A DNA stretch of 64,000 nucleotides from Euglena gracilis (taxonomy: Eukaryota), in contig CP154954.1 in NCBI GenBank assembly GCA_039621445.1, forward strand, positions 868,001 to 932,000, in the 5' to 3' direction. The translations under genes were made by a program, and so were the position numbers. The stretch's first letter is position 1. Each line of letters starts with the position of its first letter. Under the pieces are notes generated by a model that saw only the letters and a program-made list of their open reading frames with translations, was not told the origin of the DNA and did not search any database. Positions 45,349 through 64,000 of this stretch are shown here, in pieces.

Positions 45349-46182
45349 ATGATTATTCGTTATTACAAACCATATACATCAGGGACTCGTAAACGTTCTG
45401 TTAGTAATTTTTCAGAAATTACAAAATCTAATCCTGAAAAATATTTAACATTTTTTGTTCATAGGTCAAAAGGACGGAATTCCCGTGGTGTGATTACTTG
45501 CCGAACTTTAGGTGGTGGTCACAAACGCTTGTATCGCAGAATAGAGTTTAAACGTAATAAGCTAGGTATTTTAGGAAAAGTTATTTCTATTGAATACGAT
45601 CCTAATAGGAATGCTCGAATTGCTTTAATTTATTATAAAAATGGTGATAAGTCTTATATTATTCATCCAAAAGATTTGTGCGTTGGTAATAATATTATTT
45701 CTGATTTTTTTTCTCCTATTAAAATAGGAAATTCTTTACCCATAAGCAAAATACCATTAGGTACTATTATTCATAACGTAGAGTTTGAGCCTGGAAAAGG
45801 TGGTCAAATTGCAAGGGCTGCTGGAACTTTTGTACAAATATTGGCCAATGAAGGAAAATTTGTTACTATAACAATGCCTTCGGGAGAAGTTCGTTTATTA
45901 CGACGTTATTGTTGGGCTACTATTGGTCAAGTTGGAAATCTTGATCATTCTAATGTCGTTTTAGGAAAAGCTGGAAGAAATCGCTGGTTAGGAAACAAAC
46001 CAACAGTTCGTGGTGTAGCTATGAATCCTTGCGATCACCCTCATGGAGGAGGCGAAGGCAGAAGTCCTATAGGTAGACCAAAGCCTGTTACGCCTTGGGG
46101 TAAACCAGCATTAGGTAAAAAGACAAGATCACCTAAACGATTTAGTAATAAATATATAATTCGCTCTAGAAAAATGGTTTAA
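45349..46182 (+). CDS. rpl2: Ribosomal protein L2
   Basis: 277 aa; [30 protein letters not shown]. Confidence 0.98.
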   Translation: MIIRYYKPYTSGTRKRSVSNFSEITKSNPEKYLTFFVHRSKGRNSRGVITCRTLGGGHKRLYRRIEFKRNKLGILGKVISIEYDPNRNARIALIYYKNGDKSYIIHPKDLCVGNNIISDFFSPIKIGNSLPISKIPLGTIIHNVEFEPGKGGQIARAAGTFVQILANEGKFVTITMPSGEVRLLRRYCWATIGQVGNLDHSNVVLGKAGRNRWLGNKPTVRGVAMNPCDHPHGGGEGRSPIGRPKPVTPWGKPALGKKTRSPKRFSNKYIIRSRKMV

Positions 46183-46241
46183 TATCTACTATTTTCCTTG
46201 TTATTATTTTGTTTATTTTTTATTTTGTTTATTTTTTATTT

Positions 46242-46726
46242 ATGTCTCGTTCTTTAAAAAAAGGTCCTTTTGTTTTTTATTCATTAATAAAAAAAGTTGA
46301 CCAAATGAATTCGAATCGTTTTTGAGATTTGACCTTATGTTTTTAATTAATTTTTATTTTAGAATCATATATAATACTAATTTATTTATTTTTTTGTTTT
46401 TAAATGAAAACTTTAGATCTTTTTTAAATCTGTAATATTAACTTGGTCCCGTTCCTGTACTATTATTCCAATTATGATTGGAAATACAATAGGCGTTTAT
46501 AATGGAAAGGAGCATATACCCGTTTTAGTTTCCGATCAAATGATAGGTCACTTTTGATTTTATAATTTTTGTAATAAAAAATTTAAAGTTTATTTTCTTA
46601 TATTATTGTGGGTTTTTTATTAATAAAATGGATTTATTAAACCTTATAAAATTAGGTGAATTTGTGCAAACTAGAAATTATCGTGGTCATAAAAAGCATG
46701 ATAAAAAAACTAAGACTAAGAGATAG
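46242..46726 (+). CDS. rps19: Ribosomal protein S19; group III introns 46322-46424 (103 nt) and 46552-46648 (97 nt)
   Basis: [11 protein letters not shown]...[19 protein letters not shown]...YNGKEHIPV...[18 protein letters not shown]...*. Confidence 0.93.
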
Positions 46727-46836
46727 TAGAATTATTTTATATGTTATGTAATTTTTGCATGTATTAAGAACTTTTTAAATATTAGTATGGATACTTTTTA
46801 TACAGTTTTTATATAATTTTATGTTATTTTTTACTG

Positions 46837-47178
46837 ATGGAACAAAAAAAACCTTTAGAATCTTCAGCTTCAATAAAGTACGTTAGAATTTCTCCTTTTA
46901 AAGTTAGGAGAATTTTAAATCAAATTAAAGGTCGTTCTGCAAAAGAGGCTTTAATGATTTTAAAATTTATGCCTTATAAACCTAGTACTCTTATTTTTAA
47001 GCTTCTTAAAAGCGCCGTTTCTAATTCAATAAAAAATTACGATGAAGATGCAAATGTTTTGCGTGTTCTCGAAGCTAGAGCAGATGCTGGACCTATCTTG
47101 AAACGTTTATGTCCACATGCACAAGGTAGGGGTTTTCCTATTAAAAAACGAACATGTCATATAACTATTATTGTCTGA
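46837..47178 (+). CDS. rpl22: Ribosomal protein L22 (a group II intron probably starts at GTCTG ~47173, with the last exon lost at the fold-back)
   Basis: VRISPFKVRRILNQIKG...IKKRTCHITI; GTCTG is the same 5' motif as the psbF external intron; intron call is inference plus recall. Confidence 0.92.
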   Translation: MEQKKPLESSASIKYVRISPFKVRRILNQIKGRSAKEALMILKFMPYKPSTLIFKLLKSAVSNSIKNYDEDANVLRVLEARADAGPILKRLCPHAQGRGFPIKKRTCHITIIV

Positions 47179-47193
47179 ATTTGAATTATTTCG

Positions 47194-47362
47194 GAGGGGG
47201 GAGGGGGCAACGCGAAGGGGGGTGGAGGGGGGGGGGGGGCGAAAGAAGAAGAGAAAGAACGGGGGAGGGGGGAGGAAGGGGAAGGGGAGGGGGGGGAGGG
47301 AGGGGGGAAGGGGGGGGATGGGGGGGGAAAAAAGGGGAAGGGAGGGGGAAGGGAAAAAGAGA
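47194..47362. other. G/A-rich block at fold-back axis 2; T-to-G corrupted mirror of ~47400..47564
   Basis: Expected gcaactctaa and aaataataagataaataac; observed gcaacgcgaa and aaagaagaagagaaagaac. Confidence 0.85.
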
Positions 47363-47579
47363 GGTTTTTCTAAACAAAAAATGAATAACATAAATCATGT
47401 TTTGAAATGAAAACTAAAAATTAAAAATTTTTAACCATAAACCAAATTCACAAAAATAATAAAACAACAAACTTAAAATTATCCAAAAATAACAAGTTAT
47501 TTATCTTATTATTTGAAAAACCAAAACTCACGAAAATAACAATTAGAGTTGCAAAAGAAAACTACGAAATAATTCAAAT

Positions 47580-47920
47580 TCAGACAATAATAGTTATATG
47601 ACATGTTCGTTTTTTAATAGGAAAACACATACCTTGTGCATGTGGACATAAACGTTTCAAGATAGGTCCAGCATCTGCTCTAGCTTCGAGAACACGCAAA
47701 ACATTTGCATCTTCATCGTAATTTTTTATTGAATTAGAAACGGCGCTTTTAAGAAGCTTAAAAATAAGAGTACTAGGTTTATAAGGCATAAATTTTAAAA
47801 TCATTAAAGCCTCTTTTGCAGAACGACCTTTAATTTGATTTAAAATTCTCCTAACTTTAAAAGGAGAAATTCTAACGTACTTTATTGAAGCTGAAGATTC
47901 TAAAGGTTTTTTTGTTCCAT
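47580..47920 (-). CDS. rpl22: Ribosomal protein L22, mirror copy (1-nt deletion near the start; QGMCF instead of QGRGF)
   Basis: Reverse complement of 46837..47178. Confidence 0.9.
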
Positions 47921-48030
47921 CAGTAAAAAATAACATAAAATTATATAAAAACTGTATAAAAAGTATCCATACTAATATTTAAAAAGTTCTTAATACATGC
48001 AAAAATTACATAACATATAAAATAATTCTA

Positions 48031-48515
48031 CTATCTCTTAGTCTTAGTTTTTTTATCATGCTTTTTATGACCACGATAATTTCTAGTTTGCACAAATTCA
48101 CCTAATTTTATAAGGTTTAATAAATCCATTTTATTAATAAAAAAACCACAATAATATAAGAAAATAAACTTTAAATTTTTTATTACAAAAATTATAAAAT
48201 CAAAAGTGACCTATCATTTGATCGGAAACTAAAACGGGTATATGCTCCTTTCCATTATAAACGCCTATTGTATTTCCAATCATAATTGGAATAATAGTAC
48301 AGGAACGGGACCAAGTTAATATTACAGATTTAAAAAAGATCTAAAGTTTTCATTTAAAAACAAAAAAATAAATAAATTAGTATTATATATGATTCTAAAA
48401 TAAAAATTAATTAAAAACATAAGGTCAAATCTCAAAAACGATTCGAATTCATTTGGTCAACTTTTTTTATTAATGAATAAAAAACAAAAGGACCTTTTTT
48501 TAAAGAACGAGACAT
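48031..48515 (-). CDS. rps19: Ribosomal protein S19, mirror copy
   Basis: Reverse complement of 46242..46726. Confidence 0.92.
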
Positions 48516-48574
48516 AAATAAAAAATAAACAAAATAAAAAATAAACAAAATAATAACAAGGAAAATAGTAGATA

Positions 48575-49408
48575 TTAAACCATTTTTCTAGAGCGAATTA
48601 TATATTTATTACTAAATCGTTTAGGTGATCTTGTCTTTTTACCTAATGCTGGTTTACCCCAAGGCGTAACAGGCTTTGGTCTACCTATAGGACTTCTGCC
48701 TTCGCCTCCTCCATGAGGGTGATCGCAAGGATTCATAGCTACACCACGAACTGTTGGTTTGTTTCCTAACCAGCGATTTCTTCCAGCTTTTCCTAAAACG
48801 ACATTAGAATGATCAAGATTTCCAACTTGACCAATAGTAGCCCAACAATAACGTCGTAATAAACGAACTTCTCCCGAAGGCATTGTTATAGTAACAAATT
48901 TTCCTTCATTGGCCAATATTTGTACAAAAGTTCCAGCAGCCCTTGCAATTTGACCACCTTTTCCAGGCTCAAACTCTACGTTATGAATAATAGTACCTAA
49001 TGGTATTTTGCTTATGGGTAAAGAATTTCCTATTTTAATAGGAGAAAAAAAATCAGAAATAATATTATTACCAACGCACAAATCTTTTGGATGAATAATA
49101 TAAGACTTATCACCATTTTTATAATAAATTAAAGCAATTCGAGCATTCCTATTAGGATCGTATTCAATAGAAATAACTTTTCCTAAAATACCTAGCTTAT
49201 TACGTTTAAACTCTATTCTGCGATACAAGCGTTTGTGACCACCACCTAAAGTTCGGCAAGTAATCACACCACGGGAATTCCGTCCTTTTGACCTATGAAC
49301 AAAAAATGTTAAATATTTTTCAGGATTAGATTTTGTAATTTCTGAAAAATTACTAACAGAACGTTTACGAGTCCCTGATGTATATGGTTTGTAATAACGA
49401 ATAATCAT
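48575..49408 (-). CDS. rpl2: Ribosomal protein L2, mirror copy
   Basis: Identical 277-aa translation. Confidence 0.98.
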   Translation of the reverse strand: MIIRYYKPYTSGTRKRSVSNFSEITKSNPEKYLTFFVHRSKGRNSRGVITCRTLGGGHKRLYRRIEFKRNKLGILGKVISIEYDPNRNARIALIYYKNGDKSYIIHPKDLCVGNNIISDFFSPIKIGNSLPISKIPLGTIIHNVEFEPGKGGQIARAAGTFVQILANEGKFVTITMPSGEVRLLRRYCWATIGQVGNLDHSNVVLGKAGRNRWLGNKPTVRGVAMNPCDHPHGGGEGRSPIGRPKPVTPWGKPALGKKTRSPKRFSNKYIIRSRKMV

Positions 49409-49562
49409 ATTAAAAAATTAGTAAACTATTAAAGTATATACTAAATACATCGAAAAAATTAGAATTAAAAAATTTTAGGTTAAAAATAAAAAACTAAATT
49501 ATTTTTAAACAAATAAAGTAAAACTCACCTATAAATGCCACTACTAAAACAATAAAAATTAA

Positions 49563-50172
49563 CTAGAGACAAGAAAAAAAAGGAATTGTTTCTAAGTCAT
49601 TATATAAATTGATTAAAATCCTTAAAAGAAATTAAACAAAAAAGAATTAATTGAAAACAAAAGTTATATTTATTTCCCAATATAATATAATAATATAATC
49701 TCACTAATTTAATAAACATTCTTTTATAATATTTTTTCATACCCTCAAAATTATTTGAACGATAATATTTACTAGATTTTACATAGCTATTAACTGAAGT
49801 AATTTTAACACTAAAAGCAGTTTCAATAAGATCTTTAAATTGCCTTTTACTTATGAAGTTATAAAATACTAAAAAAATAAAAGTAATTAATTAAAATTTT
49901 TATAATATAAAACTACAAACTAAAAATACAGCTACTATAAACATTCAAAACATTTGTATATCAACATCAAAAGTATAAACATTATTTTTTAAAAGTTTAT
50001 TAGTCTTATCGGTCAAAATTTGAGATTTAAAAAAAAATCAAAAGTATTTATAAATATTCAAAAAAAAATTAACATTAAAAAAAAAATAAATAAATATATT
50101 ATAAAAAAAAAATATAAGAACACACCCATACTTAAACTGATCATAAAATTTTCTAGAAATAAAATAAAACAT
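49563..50172 (-). CDS. rpl23: Ribosomal protein L23, mirror copy
   Basis: Reverse complement of 44582..45194. Confidence 0.87.
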
Positions 50173-50320
50173 ATAAAGTAAACAAAATACTAACAAAAAA
50201 AAAACAAGGAAATAATAACCTTTTTTAAATTATAAAAATTTAGAAAAATTTATTCGATAATATATTAATTACCGAATAAACTAAAATATATATTAAGAAT
50301 ATAAAAGTATTATAAAAAAC

Positions 50321-50449
50321 TTATAAAGAAGAACCTAAACCCGAATAAGAGCCATAAAAAAAAAGAGCAAGAAGTGCAATCGCTGCTAAACCGATTATTG
50401 TAAGAACTAACCAAAGTGGAATTCTACCTGTATTTTCTGAATTAGACAT
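50321..50449 (-). CDS. psbJ: Photosystem II protein J, mirror copy
   Basis: Reverse complement of 44305..44433. Confidence 0.95.
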   Translation of the reverse strand: MSNSENTGRIPLWLVLTIIGLAAIALLALFFYGSYSGLGSSL

Positions 50450-50538
50450 AAATATTTCTCCCAAAATAATAAAAAAAATGTTAAAAAAAAATACTACAAA
50501 AATATTTGCTTCAAGAAGCAGACTTTAATTAATAATAA

Positions 50539-50655
50539 CTAATTAAAGATATAACTAGAAAATAGAACAGCCAAAACAAAAATTAATAATAGTCCCCAGT
50601 ATAAACTTGTCCTATTTAATTCGACTGTTTTTTTATTTGAATTTGTTTGTGCCAT
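50539..50655 (-). CDS. psbL: Photosystem II protein L, intact mirror copy (38 aa)
   Basis: 117 nt, in frame. Confidence 0.95.
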   Translation of the reverse strand: MAQTNSNKKTVELNRTSLYWGLLLIFVLAVLFSSYIFN

Positions 50656-50762
50656 AATAAATAATTTATAATAAAAAAATATGTTAAACCTTAGATTAAA
50701 AAATATAAAAAAGTATAACTTTAAACAAAACTTTACACTTTATTTTAACAAAATTTTAAAGG

Positions 50763-51928
<1,166 letters not shown>

Positions 51929-51933
51929 AAATT

Positions 51934-52855
51934 TTATTTAGTAAATTGATCCATTTGTTCTAAAGCATTGAAACGATCAGAAATTAAAGGAGCTTGTTGT
52001 CTTGTTTCTGTAAAATATTCGCTTGGACGAGGTGTACCAAAAATGTCATAAACAATTCCCGTGCTTACAAAAATCCAACCTCCAACAAATAATGACGGTA
52101 TAGTTACACTATAAAACTAAAAACAATAGAAAAAGTTTTTGTTTAAAAACTGTTGGAATGAACTATACAAAAACAGCTTATAATAAAATAATCTTCTGTT
52201 ATCTAAGGAAAACCAAACAAAATAAATAACAGTTTTACAAAATATTAAAATTTAGTAAACAAAATATAAAATAAAAAATCCCTAAAATAAACACGTATTA
52301 TTTAGGTGCAAAAATATAAAAATAAAAAATTTTTTTGTTAAGTAAAATCAAAAATAATCTGCAATTTATTTCATTCACAAGAAAAACATTTGATTATTAA
52401 AATTTTTAAAACATTTAATATTAAGAAAATACACACATGAATTACCCAATAACGAATACTAGTAATATGAAATTAAACTTCCAAAGCTCATACCAAAACC
52501 GTACAAACAAATACACTTGAGCTGTATACGGATTGAAAATTTAAAATAAAATTAAAAAATATAAAACAAATTTTATTTTACTTATATAAAAAAATAAACA
52601 ATGTTGAGATTTACTTTTAAAAAACTAAAAAATAGTAATAATTATTGTTAAACTTTCAAGGAAATACTTAAAAAATTATTTCAAAAATTATATAAACTAA
52701 ATAATAAGATAATAAAAAAAGATCAAAAAAGAATTTTACTTATTAAACTTACACGTTTATCTCAAAGGATATTAATAAAATATTTGATAATAAAAAATGT
52801 ATATTCCAACGCGCACAATATCAGAAAAAGGACGTTCTCCTGTTGAGCCTGCCAT
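51934..52855 (-). CDS. psbE: Cytochrome b559 alpha, mirror copy
   Basis: Reverse complement of 41898..42819. Confidence 0.95.
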
Positions 52856-52939
52856 ATTAAATTTCCCTTTAAAAATAAAACATAACAATTACTATATTCT
52901 AAAATCATTAATTAACAAATAATAAGTAAAAAATTTTTA

Positions 52940-58415
<5,476 letters not shown>

Positions 58416-58426
58416 TTAAGATATAA

Positions 58427-62107
<3,681 letters not shown>

Positions 62108-62124
62108 CTACACAAAATTAAAAA

Positions 62125-62197
62125 TGAGTTGGCTGGGATTCGAACCCAGGACCGATCGGTTAAAAGCCGAGTGCTCTACCAACTGAGCTACCAACTC
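62125..62197 (-). tRNA. trnK: tRNA-Lys(UUU), copy 2
   Basis: Same as 10476..10548. Confidence 0.96.
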
Positions 62198-62244
62198 ACT
62201 TAAAGTTAAATAAATTATAAATGTAATTAGAACTTAAGTTTTAT

Positions 62245-62730
62245 TTAATAAAAAGAATTACCACTTCGCATATATTGTAAATACGCCGTAAAAAACAAAC
62301 CACAAATAGTTATTGGAATTAATCCTAAAATAATACCTGACAATTAAAGTAGATACATTATATCCAAGTCAAATGAAAAAATAATTTTTATCTCTCTAAA
62401 AACTAGGGAGGCCAAAATAAACAAACACCCAGCTTAAAAACTATTTCAAATATAAACTTTTTAAGTCATAAAAAATTTTTCATTAAATATTAAAATTATT
62501 AATATAAAAATGTATTTTAAAGAATAAATAATAAAAATCTGTGAACGTTTTCGCAAAAACATTAACGCACAATACAAAAAATGAACATAATAATTTTCAA
62601 AGTTTTAATTATAGTTAAAGCTAAACATTATTTTTAATAATAATACTTAAAAAATATAAATACTCTTTAAATAAAACAATAAGCAAATAAAACTTTGCGA
62701 TAAATAGAACCACACAAGAGTTTCAACCAT
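62245..62730 (-). CDS. petG: Cytochrome b6/f subunit V, copy 2
   Basis: Same as 10596..11080. Confidence 0.9.
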
Positions 62731-62799
62731 GGATAACTATAAAAATTTTATTTTATCATCCAAAAAACTAAATATTTAAAAAACTTATAAAAAAGGGAA

Positions 62800-62872
62800 C
62801 GGGACTGACGGGACTCGAACCCGCAACTTCCGCCGTGACAGGGCGGTGCTCTAACCATTAAACTACAATCCC
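62800..62872 (-). tRNA. trnD: tRNA-Asp(GUC), copy 2
   Basis: Same as 11150..11222. Confidence 0.96.
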
Positions 62873-62946
62873 TAAAAATATTATATGATTATCAAATAAT
62901 CATACAACAAGATTATTATTTATAATAATAAAAATTAAATATTAAA

Positions 62947-63108
62947 TTATAAAGGTCCTTTATAAGGATCTTTATAAAAGACTTCCCTCATTAACTCGCC
63001 TGTATCATCATATGGGTTACGACCAGGATCGTTAGACAAAAGTCCAAAAACAAATAATGAAACAAAAATTAAAATCAAAGCGTATACAAATACTTTTAAT
63101 ATCAACAT
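62947..63108 (-). CDS. psbI: Photosystem II protein I, copy 2
   Basis: Same as 11297..11458. Confidence 0.93.
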   Translation of the reverse strand: MLILKVFVYALILIFVSLFVFGLLSNDPGRNPYDDTGELMREVFYKDPYKGPL

Positions 63109-63377
63109 AAGAATAATAATAACATAATATATAAATAGTGACAAAAAAACAGACTTCATTATAATAAAAATGTGAATTTTTATTAAAAAAAACATTACGC
63201 AAGTTTGTAGAAAGCTAACCATCATTATTATTATTCTGAAAAAAATTTTGTTAGTGCAAAAAAAAGTACAAAAATAAAATAATCTAAAGTAAAACATACA
63301 ATAAAAGAGGTAAAAAATTCAAAAGGAATTATGTTTAAAATTTAATTTCTAGGAATACTTTAATCAACAAAATACAT

Positions 63378-63752
63378 ATGACACGAATCAAAAATAATGG
63401 TATAAGTAAAAAAAAGCGAAAAAAAAAAATATCAAAAATGAAAGGATGGGTTGGAGGACATTCGAAACTTTTTCGAACAGGAAATCAACAGTTAATGAAA
63501 GCTAGACACTATGCTTTTTATGACCGAAAAAAAAAAAAAAATCTAAATAAAACATTGTGGATAACAAGAATAAATGGTGGACTAAAATACTATCTAACCA
63601 TAAATGAAAAATATAATATTTTCGTATCTTTTCTTAGAAAAACGAAAACCTATGTAAACAAAAAACTACCTTCTGAAATAAACGTTAGAGATTCTAAATC
63701 ATTCAGTCATTTATCAAAACCTATTATGAAATCAACAGGAATTAACTTATGA
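63378..63752 (+). CDS. rpl20: Ribosomal protein L20, intact copy (124 aa)
   Basis: MTRIKNNG...HSKLFRTGNQQLMKARHYAFYDRKKKK...LWITRING. Confidence 0.94.
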   Translation: MTRIKNNGISKKKRKKKISKMKGWVGGHSKLFRTGNQQLMKARHYAFYDRKKKKNLNKTLWITRINGGLKYYLTINEKYNIFVSFLRKTKTYVNKKLPSEINVRDSKSFSHLSKPIMKSTGINL

Positions 63753-64000
63753 AATCCAAAAAAAGGAAAAATTCTTACTATCGAACGAATGGGTAATATG
63801 GTAATAAAAAAAACTACTTCCGGAAATAATATGATAAAAAATTATTTTGTTGGTTTTTAAAACAAGTAAAAGGAAAATCTGCATTAAAAATATTGAAATA
63901 AGATTATGACCAAGAAATAGCTAACCTAAGAAATTTCAAAATTACTGCAATAAAAGAAGACAAAAAAAAGTAAATTATTAAAAATTATAAAAAAGAAATT

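Noticed and set aside
47107..47410. Gly/Arg-rich and Pro-rich ORFs, and a possible G-quadruplex or telomere
   Set aside because: The block is a T-to-G corrupted mirror of the adjacent arm

Overview
The window is AT-rich plastid DNA whose gene content, order and intron architecture match what I recall of the Euglena gracilis chloroplast (recognised, not database-checked). It holds psaA, psaB, psbEFLJ, psbA, part of psbC with the intron maturase ycf13/mat1, petG, psbI, psbK, ycf12, psaM, ycf4, tufA, rps7, rps12, rpl20, rpl23, rpl2, rps19, rpl22 and nine tRNA species, with many small group II introns, ~100-nt group III introns and twintrons. It is not a colinear genome segment but a zig-zag of three passes over one region. 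Pass 1 (1..~28380) folds back at ~28444 inside ycf13. Pass 2 (~28520..47193) jumps from psbA intron 4 to the last psaA exon at 36237/36238, then folds back at ~47378 after rpl22. Pass 3 (47565..64000) re-reads the region without that deletion. Both turn points and a 3.4-kb A-rich insert in psaA (~6750..10125) are demonstrably corrupted copies of neighbouring sequence, so a long-read, amplification or assembly chimera is the most likely origin. I found no convincing new biological system. The real biology is the known but unusual euglenoid intron system, plus a few smaller observations.
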